From an uncultured delta proteobacterium (GTDB lineage Bacteria; Myxococcota; Myxococcia; SLRQ01), in contig CAVSGM010000011.1 of assembly GCA_963727485.1 (NCBI GenBank), positions 544,001 to 608,000 on the forward strand: a stretch of 64,000 nt of DNA, in the 5' to 3' direction. The notes under the pieces were generated by a model. It saw only the letters and a program-made list of their open reading frames with translations. It did not search any database and was not told where the DNA came from. The position numbers and the translations under genes were made by a program. This document shows, piece after piece, positions 29,681-41,398 of the stretch (the stretch's first letter is position 1; every line of letters starts with the position of its first letter).

Positions 29681-31984
29681 TGCCCCGGGTCGCCCGCCGG
29701 CCCCGGCCGGCCACCCGGTCCGCGGGCCTCGACCTCTCCCGGAAGACCAGCCTGGTGCCCCGGGCCGGGATCTTCTCCCGGGGCCCGGGCCTGGTGCTCA
29801 AGACCCGGGCCCGGCGCGCGGTGGCCTTCGCCTGGCGCGTCGCCGGCTTCGCGCTGGCCGCCGGGGCCGTCGCCCGCCTCGCCCTCGGGGGCCTCACGGA
29901 TCCGGCGGCCCTCGGTCCCTGGGATCTGGTCCTGGTCGCCGCCCTGGCCGGGGTCCTGGTCCACCGCCTGGCGCGGCGCCTCGGCCGCCCGGAGCTCGCC
30001 GAGGGCGACGTCGCCGCCGGCCGCCGGCGCCTGGAGCGGGACCTGGAGCTCGCGGCGGTGTCGGTCACCGCCCTCTACGTGGTCCTCGCCCTCACCGGCG
30101 GCCTCGCCTCGCCCCTCTACCCGGCCCTCTACCTGGCGGTGGCCCTGCTGATGGTCTTCCACCGCCCGGCGGTGGGCATCGCCGCGGTGGCCCTGACCCT
30201 CGCCGTCGAGGGCCTCCTCGCCTGGCGCCACGGGGACCTCGCCGTGCGCTGGTCCGCGGTGGCCTTCCACGGGGGCTTCGTGGTCGCCTTCGCCGGCCTC
30301 TACCACGGGGTGCTGGCCGGGGGCCTCGCCGAGAGCCGCCGGAAGGCCCGCCGCGCCGTCGACGCCCACGTCCGGGAGATCCACGAGCGCGCCCGGGCCT
30401 ACCGCCTGGTGGTCTCCGCCTCCGACGAGGCCCCGAGGGCCGGCGCCGAGCAGGGCCAGGAGAAGTGGCTGGTGGCCGCCGTCCAGGAGATCGAGGCCGC
30501 GGTCCGCGCCGCCCTCGAGGTCGCCGAGGCGGCCCTGGCGACCCACACGGTCGCGGTGCTCCTCCTCTCCGGCGACGAGAAGGTCCTGCGCCTCCACGAG
30601 TGCCTCTCGGCCTCCGAGCACGTCGTCCGCCACCCCCTGGCCGCCGGCGAGGGCCTCCCCGGGGTGGTCCTCCGGCGCCGGGGCCCGGTGCGCCTGTGCG
30701 GGAGCTTCCGGGGCACCGTCTACGACGAGGGGGGCGACGCGCCGCAGGCGTTCCTCGGGGTGCCGCTGGTCGACCGCCGCGGCGGCGCCGGGGGCGAGGG
30801 CTACGTCCGCGGGGTGCTGGTCGCCGACCGCCTCGAGGCGCGCGCGTTCACCGAGGCCGACGAGCGGGTCCTCCAGGTCGTCGCCCGGGAGGTCCTCCGG
30901 GCCATCGAGGTCGAGCGGGTGATGGGCTACATCCGCAAGGAGAAGGACGAGAAGAGCCGGTTCTACCGGGCCATCGAGGCCCTCAACGTCCTCTCCAAGC
31001 CCCAGGAGATTCTGCGAGGCGGTCACCCGGCTCGCCGCCCAGCTGGCCCCGGTCGACTTCGTCGCCGTGACCCTCGCCGAGACCGGGACCCCGGAGGCCG
31101 AGGCCGCCGAGCCCCGGGTCACCCACCGGGTGGTCGAGGCCACGGGCCCCGGCGCCGAGGGCCTCCCCGGCCTCACCTTCGACGACAACGCCGGCCTGGT
31201 GGCCAACGTGGTGCGCCTGGGCTCGCCGCTCCCCGGCCGGGACTTCCACGCCATGGAGAAGACGGTGGTCTTCTCCGAGCCGGAGAAGCTCCGGGGCCTG
31301 TCCACCCTCAAGGTCCTCCCCATGACCGTGGGCGAGGAGGTGGTGGGCACGGTGGTCTGCGGGGCCACCGGCAAGGGGGCGCTCTCCGAGGACGCGGTGC
31401 GGATGCTGGGGGTGCTGGCGATGCAGGCGGCCGGGGCCATCGAGCGCGGGCGCCTCTTCGAGAAGACCGAGCGCATGGCCACCACCGACGGGCTCACCGG
31501 CCTCAACAACCACCGGACGTTCCAGGACCTCCTCGACGGCCACCTCGCCGCCGCCCGTCGCTACGGCCGCCAGGTGAGCCTCATCATCTGCGACGTGGAC
31601 CACTTCAAGTCCGTGAACGACACCTACGGCCACCCGGTGGGCGACAAGGTCCTCAAGGGCGTGTCCCGGATCCTCCGCGCCGAAGCCCGGGACACCGATG
31701 TCGTCGCCCGCTACGGGGGCGAGGAGTTCGCGGTGATCCTCCCGGAGACCGACACCGAAGGCGCCAAGGTCATCGCGAACCGCATCCGCGAGAAGATCGC
31801 CGCCAACACCGTGCAGACCGAGCTCGGCCCCCTCAACGTGACCATCAGCCTCGGGGTCTCGACCTTCCCTGCCCACGGGGACGAGAAGCAGGACGTCATC
31901 GACCGCGCCGACCAGGCCCTCTACGGGGCGAAGCACGGCGGCCGGAACCGGGTGGTCTGCGCCGACGAGGTCAGCGGGCGGTAG
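29677..31984 (+). CDS. TM-GAF-GAF-GGDEF diguanylate cyclase (DmxA-like); +1 indel at ~31010
   Basis: Multi-TM N-terminus, two GAF-like domains, DGLTGL, DVDHFKSVNDTYGH, RDTD I-site, GGEEF. Confidence 0.88.
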
Positions 31985-32169
31985 GGACGGTTCCCCCCGG
32001 TCTCGACCCCATATCGGTTGTTGCCGCCGGGGCCCCGGGTTATCGTCGTTTTGTGAAGAGCGATCCTCTGACGGTCCCCGAAGGCGGGCTTCACGCTCCC
32101 GGGGGGGACGAGGCGGTGGCGGCTCTGCGAAGTGATCCGGGGGACCCCTCGGCGCAGAGCCTCACCCAG

Positions 32170-33492
32170 GTGCGCAAGTCCTTCATCCTGGACACGAATG
32201 TCCTGCTGCACGATCCGCAGGCCATCTTCTCGTTCGGGGACAATGACGTGATCATCCCGATCTACGTCATCGAGGAGATCGACAACTTCAAGCGGGATCT
32301 CTCCGAGGTGGGCCGCAACGCCCGGCAGGTCAGCCGCTACCTCGACGACCTGCGCAAGGTCGGTGGCCTCGGCGAGGGCGTGCCCCTGGAGAACGGGGGC
32401 ACCCTCCGGGTGGCCTTCACCGACCGGGCGGTCCCCCAGGAGTTCGCCAACTCCAACCTCCCGGACAACCGGATCCTCGCGGTCGCCCTCGACACTCGCG
32501 ACCGCTTCCCGGACACCCCGGCGATCTTCATCACCAAGGACTCCAACCTCCGCATCCGCGCCGACGCCCTGGGCGTCACCGCGGTCAACTACGAGGAGGA
32601 GCCGGTCAAGGAGGTCAGCGACCTCTACCAGGGGATGGGCGAGGTCGAGGTGGGGGCCGCCGACATCGACGCCTTCTACCACGAGGGCGCCATCGACGGT
32701 CCCGAGGGCTCGGCGGGCTTCCAGCCCAACGAGTACGTGCTGCTGCGGGACCGGGCCAACAGCTCCCACACCGCGCTGGGCAAGATCCGCCCGTCGGACA
32801 AGGCCATCGTGCCCCTCATCCGCCTGCCCAAGGAGGGCATCTGGGGCATCCGCCCGCGGAACAAGGAGCAGGCGTTCGCCCTCGACATCCTCCTCAACGA
32901 CGAGGTCAGCCTGGTGACCATGGTCGGCAAGGCGGGCACCGGCAAGACCCTGCTGGCCATCGCCGCGGGCCTCCACAAGGTCATGGAGGAGGGCGTCTTC
33001 CACAAGCTGCTGGTCAGCCGCCCCATCTTCCCCCTCGGCCGCGACATCGGCTACCTCCCCGGCGACATCGAGGAGAAGCTCAACCCCTGGATGCAGCCCA
33101 TCTACGACAACGTCGAGTTCCTCATGGGGCTCTCGCGCGCCGACAAGAAGGCCGGGCGCAGCTACCAGGAGCTCCTCGATCTGGGCATCGTGGAGATCGA
33201 GCCGCTGACCTACATCCGCGGCCGCTCCATCCCCCAGCAGTTCATCATCGTGGACGAGGCCCAGAACCTCACGCCCCACGAGGTGAAGACCATCATCACC
33301 CGCGCCGGCGACGGCACCAAGATCGTCCTCACCGGCGACCCGTACCAGATCGACAACCCCTACGTCGACTCGACGAACAACGGGCTGGTGCACGTGGTCA
33401 ACAGGTTCATGCACGAGCGCATCGCCGGGCACGTGACGCTGACCAAGGGCGAGCGGTCGGACCTGGCGGAGCTCGCGGCGAACCTGCTCTAG
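32170..33492 (+). CDS. PIN-PhoH (PhoH2/YlaK-type) protein
   Basis: FILDTNVLLHDP PIN motif; GKAGTGKT; IRGRS; VDEAQN; TGDPYQID. Confidence 0.93.
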   Translation: MRKSFILDTNVLLHDPQAIFSFGDNDVIIPIYVIEEIDNFKRDLSEVGRNARQVSRYLDDLRKVGGLGEGVPLENGGTLRVAFTDRAVPQEFANSNLPDNRILAVALDTRDRFPDTPAIFITKDSNLRIRADALGVTAVNYEEEPVKEVSDLYQGMGEVEVGAADIDAFYHEGAIDGPEGSAGFQPNEYVLLRDRANSSHTALGKIRPSDKAIVPLIRLPKEGIWGIRPRNKEQAFALDILLNDEVSLVTMVGKAGTGKTLLAIAAGLHKVMEEGVFHKLLVSRPIFPLGRDIGYLPGDIEEKLNPWMQPIYDNVEFLMGLSRADKKAGRSYQELLDLGIVEIEPLTYIRGRSIPQQFIIVDEAQNLTPHEVKTIITRAGDGTKIVLTGDPYQIDNPYVDSTNNGLVHVVNRFMHERIAGHVTLTKGERSDLAELAANLL

Positions 33493-33569
33493 GCGCCCCG
33501 GCCATCGGCCCGCGGCTCCGGTACCACGGCCTGAAGCTGCCGCGGCGCCGGAAGCAGCGGTGATCCGTC

Positions 33570-36335
33570 CTAGGCGCGCCGGCGCCGCCGGCGCCGCCGG
33601 CGCAGGGTGGCGAGCCCCAGGAAGCCGAAGAGCGCCCACAGCGCCACCAGTCCGCCCGAGCCCGGCCCGGCCGCGACCGAGCAGCCGGTGGCGGCCGCCT
33701 TCTTCTTCGCGGCGGCGACGGTGAACGAGGCGGGCGCGGAGGCGGTGTTGGGGTTGCCCGCGAGGTCGGTGACCACGCCGGCGGCCACGCTCACCGTGAC
33801 CGTCCCCGGGGCGGTGGCGGTGAGGGTGGCGCGGTAGGTGCCGTCCTTGTTGTCCACCAGGCTCGAGGCCGTGCCGTTCTTGACCGTGAGACCGCCGAGG
33901 GTGAAGCCGACGACCGGCTCGCTGAAGGCGACGGTGACGGAGAAGGGCCCCGTCTCGCTGGTGGTGGGGCCCGTGATCGACACCGTGGGCGCGGTGAGGT
34001 CGGCGGTCACCGAGTAGGTCGTCGCCGCCAGGCTGTCGTGACCGCCCACGTCGACCGCGGCGCCGGCGGCGAGGGCCACGGTGACCTCACCGTCCTTGAG
34101 CGGCGTGATGGACAGGGCGTAGGCACCGCCTCCCTCGTCGGTCAGGCCCGATCCGACGCCGTTGCCCACGGTGACGTTCCCCAGGGCGAAGCCGGTCACG
34201 ACCTCGCCGAAGTCGATCGTCACCTGGAAGAGGCCCTTCTGGGGCTTGGTGGGGCCCGAGATCACCGGGGCGGGCGCATTGGGGTCGGCCGCGACGCTCA
34301 AGGTCGTCGCCGCCAGGCTCTCGTTGCCCGCCAGGTCGGTGCAGGCGCCCGCCGGGACGTCGACGGTGACCGTGCCGTCGCTGGCCGGCGCGATGGTCAC
34401 GTCGAAGGTGCCGTCCTGGTTGTCGACGAGGTTCGACGCGGTCCCATTGCCCACGACGATGCCGCCGAGGTCGAAGCCGGTGACCAGCTCGCCGAAGTCG
34501 ATCGTCGCCTGGAACTGCCCGTTCGCCGCGGTGGGGCCGGTGATCGACGGCTGGGGCGGCCACACGTCGAAGGGCACCTTGAACGTCGTGTCGGGGGAGG
34601 GGTGCCCGCCCTGGTCGGTCACGAATCCGGCCGGCAGCTCGAACGAAACGAAGTTGCCGCTGGCGGCCTGCTGCCCACCGGTCGGGGGCGTGGCGGTGAA
34701 GGTGAAGCTGCCGCTGCCGTTGTCCGTGAGATTCGACAGAGCGCCGCCGGTGGAGACATTGTTCAGGTCGAAGCCGACGACCGGCTCCCCGAAGTCGATG
34801 GTGACCTGGAACGGCCCGTTCTGCACCGCGGTGGGCGCGGTGATCTGGGGAACCGGCACGGAGACGTCGGCCGCGACGGTGAAGGTCGCCGCCGTGCTCG
34901 GGTTGCCCGCCAGGTCGCTCGCCGCACCGGCTGCCAGGGAGACGGTCACGTCCCCGTTGGCGGCGGGGGTCACGGTGGCGTCGAAGGTGCCGTCCTGGTT
35001 GTCGGTGAAGCCCGACGCCGCGCCGTTCTGCACGGAGAGGCCGGAGAGGGTGAAGCCGGTCACCAGCTCGCCGAAATCGATGTGGATGGCGAAGGGGCCT
35101 CCCTGGATGGCCGTCGGACCGGTGATCACCGGCGCCGGCGGGATCAGGTCACTGGCGACGGTGATCGTGTTCGACGCCAGGCTCGGATTGCCCGAGAGGT
35201 CCTGGCACGCGCCCGCGCTGACCCGGACGGCGACGGGGTTCGCGGCGGAGGTCGGGGTCACCTGGCCCGTCCAGCCCATGCCGCCGCCAGACGCCTGGAG
35301 GCCCGCGAAGCTGCCGTTCGCCACGGCGACGCCGCTCGCCGCCAGGCCCGTGCAGGGCTCGCTGGCGGTGATCGTCACGTCGAAGGGGCTGCCGTTGTGG
35401 GTGGTGGGCCCGCTGATCGTGATGCTGGGGGGCGTGGTATCGGGCGCCCCCACGCCGTGCACCGCGAAGGTGTAGGGGTTCGGGGCCCCGCTGGTCCCGA
35501 TCTGGACGGTGGCGTTGTCGGAGGCGGTCACCGCCGCGGGATCGAAGGTAATGGCGAAGGTCGTCCTCTGTCCCGGGGTCAGGGTCCCCGCCGGCGCGGT
35601 GGTGACCTTGAAGTCGGGGTTGTCCGTCGTGACGCCGGTGATGCTCACCGACCCGACCGAGGTGCCCTTGATGGTGAAGGCGTGAACGACGCTGAAGCTT
35701 CCCACGGCCTGGACCTGGCCGAAGTCGGTCCCGTCAGCGCTTTGGGGCGTCGTGTCCCCACTCTGGATGAGGTAGACATCGCCGGCCACGTCGATGTCGG
35801 TGGCCGTGACGACCTTGAACATCATGTCCTGCATCGGGTCGAAGTTGGGGCCGCCGAAGGTGAGAAGCTCCCCGGAGGGGTACTGGTCCGTCTTGTCGTC
35901 CACCCAGCTGTTGAAGCCGCGGGCGCCATACATCGAGGGGCTGACGTTGACGAACTTGAAGGTGTAGACCTGACCGCCGACGACCGGGACCGGCCTCGTC
36001 AGGGTGTGCATCCCGAGGCCGAACCCGGAGTTCGTGAGAAGGAACGAGGACTCGGAGTAGAGGAGCTTGCCCGTGTCCCCAGCCCCCTCGTAGATGTAGA
36101 GTTCGTAGTCGCCGCCGTTCTGCGAGACGCCAATCTGCCGAATCGACCCGTCACCCGTGGCGGTGAAGGTCTGGCCGACGGCGGAGCCAATCGGTATCAC
36201 GTAGGCGACGTTGTAGGTCGTCTGCGAAATGACCGGCAGGCTGTAGGCGTGCGCCGCGGAGCTCATGCCGAGCAGCGCGACCGAGGCGACGAAGGTGCGG
36301 AAGGCGAGGCGCAGGGTGGGGGTCGGGCGATGCAA
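33570..36335 (-). CDS. Large surface protein with choice-of-anchor-D-like domain, six Ig-like repeats and MYXO-CTERM tail
   Basis: TTG with GAGGAG RBS; signal AHA; repeats 'ITGPT..GPF.VTIDFGE.V.GF...DLAGN'; [33 protein letters not shown]. Confidence 0.85.
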   Translation of the reverse strand: MHRPTPTLRLAFRTFVASVALLGMSSAAHAYSLPVISQTTYNVAYVIPIGSAVGQTFTATGDGSIRQIGVSQNGGDYELYIYEGAGDTGKLLYSESSFLLTNSGFGLGMHTLTRPVPVVGGQVYTFKFVNVSPSMYGARGFNSWVDDKTDQYPSGELLTFGGPNFDPMQDMMFKVVTATDIDVAGDVYLIQSGDTTPQSADGTDFGQVQAVGSFSVVHAFTIKGTSVGSVSITGVTTDNPDFKVTTAPAGTLTPGQRTTFAITFDPAAVTASDNATVQIGTSGAPNPYTFAVHGVGAPDTTPPSITISGPTTHNGSPFDVTITASEPCTGLAASGVAVANGSFAGLQASGGGMGWTGQVTPTSAANPVAVRVSAGACQDLSGNPSLASNTITVASDLIPPAPVITGPTAIQGGPFAIHIDFGELVTGFTLSGLSVQNGAASGFTDNQDGTFDATVTPAANGDVTVSLAAGAASDLAGNPSTAATFTVAADVSVPVPQITAPTAVQNGPFQVTIDFGEPVVGFDLNNVSTGGALSNLTDNGSGSFTFTATPPTGGQQAASGNFVSFELPAGFVTDQGGHPSPDTTFKVPFDVWPPQPSITGPTAANGQFQATIDFGELVTGFDLGGIVVGNGTASNLVDNQDGTFDVTIAPASDGTVTVDVPAGACTDLAGNESLAATTLSVAADPNAPAPVISGPTKPQKGLFQVTIDFGEVVTGFALGNVTVGNGVGSGLTDEGGGAYALSITPLKDGEVTVALAAGAAVDVGGHDSLAATTYSVTADLTAPTVSITGPTTSETGPFSVTVAFSEPVVGFTLGGLTVKNGTASSLVDNKDGTYRATLTATAPGTVTVSVAAGVVTDLAGNPNTASAPASFTVAAAKKKAAATGCSVAAGPGSGGLVALWALFGFLGLATLRRRRRRRRRA

Positions 36336-36575
36336 GTGTCTCTCCTCTTGCCGTCTGCCCAGAAGGCAGCGCGGCCCTCGATATCGTCGCGTCTCTTGTG
36401 GCCACACGGCGGACCCCGGTGGCCCTCCCACGCCTCCTGCAGACACGACGCGCCGGCGCGAATCGGAATCATTAGCAGGCGATGGTGGGTCCGCCAAGAC
36501 GAGAACCGCCCGCGGAGGTAACCAGGACTGCACCCGGCTCCGGCGTCGCCCACGGCGCGGTGCGGCAGCGGCGGC

Positions 36576-37691
36576 CTACGCCGGCAGGGCCCGCCGGGCG
36601 AAGTCCACGACCTCCACCGGCCGGTCGCTCACCGCGAGGCTCACCTCCCGGCGCCAGCCGGCGGCGTCCCCGCCGATCTGGAAGGGCTGGGGCCGGCTGA
36701 ACCGCAGGGACACCGACTCCACCTGGAGGTCGAGGACGTGCGGGGCCTGGTAGGTCCCCTTCCAGATGGCCCGGAGGTGGCGCACCGCCTGGAGGGCGCC
36801 GATCCGGGTCACCCGGAGCTGGAACCGGCCGGGGCGCTTGTCGGCGGCGGGGAACATCTTGAAGCCGTAGCCGTAGTAGGGGCAGGTGCCCGCGCCGACC
36901 ATGGTCGCCGGGCCGGCGTAGAGGACGCCGCCCTGGGGGATCGGGTCGCCGATGGGGTTGCCCTGGGGATCCACGGCCACCGCCGGGGCCCCGGTGTTCA
37001 CCACCTCGACCTCGGCGGGGTGGCGGGTCATCACCCCCTGGGGCACCGAGAGCAGCGCCACCGAGAGCCCGTAGCCCCAGCCGCCCTCGCCGAAGCCCCG
37101 GAAGGGCCCGTCCTGGAGGCGCTCGCGCCAGCGCACGTAGTTGTTGAGGATCAGCGCGTCGTAGCCCAGGCCGGCGAAGGGCGCGTGGGTCCCCTCGACC
37201 TCGAGGAGGTCGAGGCGCCGGGTGGTGGTCAGGCGGCCGGCCCGGGCCTGGAGGATGTCCTCGAGGACCCCGGCGCGACGAAGCGGCGAGGCGCCGGTGT
37301 GGTGGGCCAGGGCGTTGCCGGTGCCCAGGCGGAGGACGCCCACCCGGGGGAGCGGCCGCCGGGCCAGGGCGGGGACCGGGCCCCGGCCGTCGCCGAGGGC
37401 CGGGCGGTCGTAGTGGTCGAAGAGGGCGTTGAGGAAGCCCACGAAGGTCCCGTCGCCGCCGCCGGTGAGGACCGTGTGGTAGCCGCGGTGGGCGACCTCG
37501 GCGGCGATGGAGCGCGCCTCGTCGAAGGTGTGGCTGACGTAGAGGTCCCGGGCCGGGACCACCTCGGCCACGGCGCGGATCACCCGGGGCGTCACCGACC
37601 GGGCGTTGGCGTTGAGGAGCACCGCCACACCCTCCGGGCGCGTGCGGCCGTTTGGCAGGACGGCGATGGTGGACCCGAGCATCGTCTGCAT
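36576..37691 (-). CDS. Diacylglycerol kinase family lipid kinase
   Basis: LNANA, GGGDGT, LRLGTGNALA, GLGYDA, FQIGGD. Confidence 0.88.
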   Translation of the reverse strand: MQTMLGSTIAVLPNGRTRPEGVAVLLNANARSVTPRVIRAVAEVVPARDLYVSHTFDEARSIAAEVAHRGYHTVLTGGGDGTFVGFLNALFDHYDRPALGDGRGPVPALARRPLPRVGVLRLGTGNALAHHTGASPLRRAGVLEDILQARAGRLTTTRRLDLLEVEGTHAPFAGLGYDALILNNYVRWRERLQDGPFRGFGEGGWGYGLSVALLSVPQGVMTRHPAEVEVVNTGAPAVAVDPQGNPIGDPIPQGGVLYAGPATMVGAGTCPYYGYGFKMFPAADKRPGRFQLRVTRIGALQAVRHLRAIWKGTYQAPHVLDLQVESVSLRFSRPQPFQIGGDAAGWRREVSLAVSDRPVEVVDFARRALPA

Positions 37692-37761
37692 CCCCTCTTG
37701 TGTCCCGAAGCGAGGCACCCCCCGGCGCTGCTGTCAGGGAGGCAAGGCACGGGCCAAGTCG

Positions 37762-37800
37762 TGTCACCGTCTTGTCACCGTCCAGGTCCAGTGATGTCAA
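37762..37800. promoter_or_regulatory. 11-bp-phased TGTCA direct repeats (OmpR/PhoB-box-like)
   Basis: TGTCACCGTC at 37762 and 37773, TGTCAA at 37795. Confidence 0.45.
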
Positions 37801-37973
37801 TGGGTTGCGGATCGGATCGGGAGATCGCCCTGTCACCTCCGGGTGGCGCCGCGGCGCTGGACCGCGTAATCGGTTTCGCACCCCGGGCGACGGACGGCCC
37901 TGGGGGATGAATCCCGGCGGCCTTGCTGCGTCGCTCCCGTCGCGCTAACTACCCGGGCCAAGGAGAACCCCGC

Positions 37974-38414
37974 ATGAGAGCCACCATCGCTTCCGTCGCC
38001 CTCGCCCTCGTCGCCGTCGCCGCCGCCGGGGCCGGCTGCCACGCCGCCGCCGCCGACGACTTCGCCAGCCACGTCACCGTCCAGGCCGCCACCACCGCCA
38101 AGGGGAAGCTCGAGGTCACCCTCACCCCCAAGGACGGGTGGATGGTCAACAGCGCCTACCCGGCGCTGAAGCTGAAGGTCACCGCCGCGCCGGGCCTCAA
38201 GCTCGGCAAGACCGACCTCGGCCACGCCGAGGCCGCCTACCAGGGCAAGGAGAGTGAGGACCACGCCGCCAAGGTCGTGTTCACCACCTCCGCCACCGGC
38301 AAGGCCACCGGCGCCGTCACCGGGACCTACAAGCTGGTGATCTGCTCCAAGGACACCTGCTCGCCGCCCTTCCACGGGTCGTTCTCGGTCACCCCCAAGG
38401 CGCCCGGCGCCTGA
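37974..38414 (+). CDS. Secreted protein resembling DsbD N-terminal Ig-like domain
   Basis: Signal peptide; LTPKDGWMVN, ICSKDTCSPP. Confidence 0.6.
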   Translation: MRATIASVALALVAVAAAGAGCHAAAADDFASHVTVQAATTAKGKLEVTLTPKDGWMVNSAYPALKLKVTAAPGLKLGKTDLGHAEAAYQGKESEDHAAKVVFTTSATGKATGAVTGTYKLVICSKDTCSPPFHGSFSVTPKAPGA

Positions 38415-38424
38415 TCGGGGGCCC

Positions 38425-39213
38425 ATGCGCGACCACGAGCCTCACGTCTTCGGCGTCCACCCGGTCCTCGAGACCCTCAAGGCGCGCCCCCAGGCCGTCT
38501 CCGAGATCCTCACCGCCCGGGAGGTCGAGCGGGGTGGGGCCCTGGGGGAGATCGGCCGGCTGGCCCGGGCCGCCGGGGTCCCGGTGCGCCGGGTGCCCCG
38601 GAGCGCCATCGGCGAGCTGGTGGGCGACGCCGACCACCAGGGCGTCCTGGCCCGGCTCCGGGCCGACGAGGCGGCGGGGCCCCGGGTCGACGATCCCCTG
38701 GACCTGGTCGAGGCCGCCCGGGCCGCGGGCCGGGACCCGCTGATCCTGGTCCTCGACGGGATCCAGGACCCCCACAACCTGGGCGCCCTCCTTAGAACCG
38801 CCCATGCGCTGGGCGCCGACGGGGTGGTGATCCCCAAGGATCGGGCCGTGGATCTCACCCCGGTGGCCGTGAAGGCCAGCGCCGGGGCCTCGGCCCACTG
38901 CCCCCTGGTCCGGGTGGTGAACCTGGTCCGGGCCCTCAAGGCCTTGAAGGAGCAGGGGGTCTGGGTGGTGGGCGCCGACGTGGGCGCGGGGGCCGAGGCG
39001 ATCGATCGGGTGGATCTCACGGGCCCCACGGCCCTGGTGATCGGCGCCGAAGGGGCCGGGGTCCGCCGCCTGGTCCTCGAGACCTGCGACCGACGGGTGA
39101 TGATCCCCATGGCTGCCCCCATCGGCTCCCTGAACGCCTCGGTGGCCGGTGGCGTGGCCCTCTACGAGATCCGCCGGCAGCGCCGTGCGAAGGAAGTTGC
39201 GCCAGGCAGTTGA
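38425..39213 (+). CDS. rlmB: 23S rRNA (G2251-2'-O)-methyltransferase
   Basis: GVHPVLE, HQGV, LDGIQDPHNLGA, KASAGA, IGAEG.G, SLNASVA. Confidence 0.92.
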   Translation: MRDHEPHVFGVHPVLETLKARPQAVSEILTAREVERGGALGEIGRLARAAGVPVRRVPRSAIGELVGDADHQGVLARLRADEAAGPRVDDPLDLVEAARAAGRDPLILVLDGIQDPHNLGALLRTAHALGADGVVIPKDRAVDLTPVAVKASAGASAHCPLVRVVNLVRALKALKEQGVWVVGADVGAGAEAIDRVDLTGPTALVIGAEGAGVRRLVLETCDRRVMIPMAAPIGSLNASVAGGVALYEIRRQRRAKEVAPGS

Positions 39214-39238
39214 CATCAGGCGCGCATCTCCCTATATA
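39210..39238 (+). promoter_or_regulatory. Sigma70 promoter of tRNA-tuf operon
   Basis: TTGACA-N17-TATATA followed by GC-rich discriminator. Confidence 0.7.
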
Positions 39239-39350
39239 GCGCCGCTCCCCTGCACGGTTGCCGATCGGCAGGAGCGCCGGTCGCGGGTTCGGTGCTTGCG
39301 GCGGGTTCGAACTCCGAATAGAAACGCGGCGGTACTCGCAGGAGGCCGCT

Positions 39351-39426
39351 GCTGGCGTAGCTCAGTTGGTAGAGCAGCTGACTTGTAATCAGCAGGTCGT
39401 GGGTTCGACCCCCTCCGCCAGCTCCA
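39351..39426 (+). tRNA. tRNA-Thr (TGT)
   Basis: GCTGGCGTAGCTCAGTTGGTAGAGC...CTTGTAA...GGTTCGA...TCCA. Confidence 0.96.
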
Positions 39427-39456
39427 CTCGCGCTCATCAAGAATACGACAGGCTCC

Positions 39457-39543
39457 GGAGGGGTACCCAAGCGGCCAACGGGAGCAGACTGTAAATCTGC
39501 CGGGCTTCGCCCTACGAAGGTTCGAATCCTTCCCCCTCCACCA
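39457..39543 (+). tRNA. tRNA-Tyr (GTA)
   Basis: GGAGGGGTACCCAAGCGG...CTGTAAA, long variable arm, ...ACCA. Confidence 0.96.
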
Positions 39544-39565
39544 CTACAGATTCCATAGCAAAAAG

Positions 39566-39641
<76 letters not shown>

Positions 39642-39663
39642 TTTTCCAGCCGCAGACGAATAA

Positions 39664-39739
39664 GCCCTTGTAGCTCAGTTGGCAGAGCACGTCCTTGGTA
39701 AGGACGGGGTCACCAGTTCGAGTCTGGTCAAGGGCTCCA
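39664..39739 (+). tRNA. tRNA-Thr (GGT)
   Basis: GCCCTTGTAGCTCAG...TTGGTAA...GTTCGAG...TCCA. Confidence 0.95.
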
Positions 39740-39816
39740 CTTACACACCACCACGCAAGAGGGCGCCGGCGGATTCATCCCGTCGGCGTCGCTGTTCCGA
39801 AACTCCGGAGAACGCC

Positions 39817-41008
<1,192 letters not shown>

Positions 41009-41067
41009 CGAAGCAGCACCCCCGGCCCCGGGGAGCCCCCGGGGTCGAGGCACGGAAGGTCTTCGAG

Positions 41068-41229
41068 ATGCCCAAGGGTAACCGCAACATCGTGACGCTC
41101 GAGTGCACCGAGTGCCACGAGCGCAACTACGTGACGACGAAGAACAAGCGCCGGACGCCGGACAAGCTCGAGTTCTCCAAGTACTGCCCCCGGTGCCGCA
41201 AGCACCAGGTGCACAAGGAGACCAAGTAG
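41068..41229 (+). CDS. rpmG: 50S ribosomal protein L33 (zinc-ribbon type)
   Basis: [28 protein letters not shown]...[16 protein letters not shown]. Confidence 0.95.
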   Translation: MPKGNRNIVTLECTECHERNYVTTKNKRRTPDKLEFSKYCPRCRKHQVHKETK

Positions 41230-41247
41230 ATCATCTGCCGGACATCC

Positions 41248-41323
41248 AGGCGCGTAGCTCAATTGGTAGAGCAGCGGTCTCCAAAACCGCAGGTTGGGGG
41301 TTCGATTCCCTCCGCGCCTGCCA
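41248..41323 (+). tRNA. tRNA-Trp (CCA)
   Basis: AGGCGCGTAGCTCAATTGGTAGAGC...CTCCAAA...GGTTCGATTCC...GCCA. Confidence 0.96.
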
Positions 41324-41398
41324 ACCATCTCCTCCTCGGGCGGACCTGCCCGGAGCCTCGCTCCGGGTACCGCCCTCTTGCCGTTTGAAAGCCGCATC

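Noticed and set aside
29137..33492. 1451-aa apparent GAF-PhoH fusion
   Set aside because: Created by the 31010 indel; DGC and PIN-PhoH are separate genes.
39284..39330. GGGTTCGAACTCC T-loop-like motif upstream of tRNA-Thr
   Set aside because: No convincing acceptor stem, D-arm or anticodon arm; treated as leader sequence.
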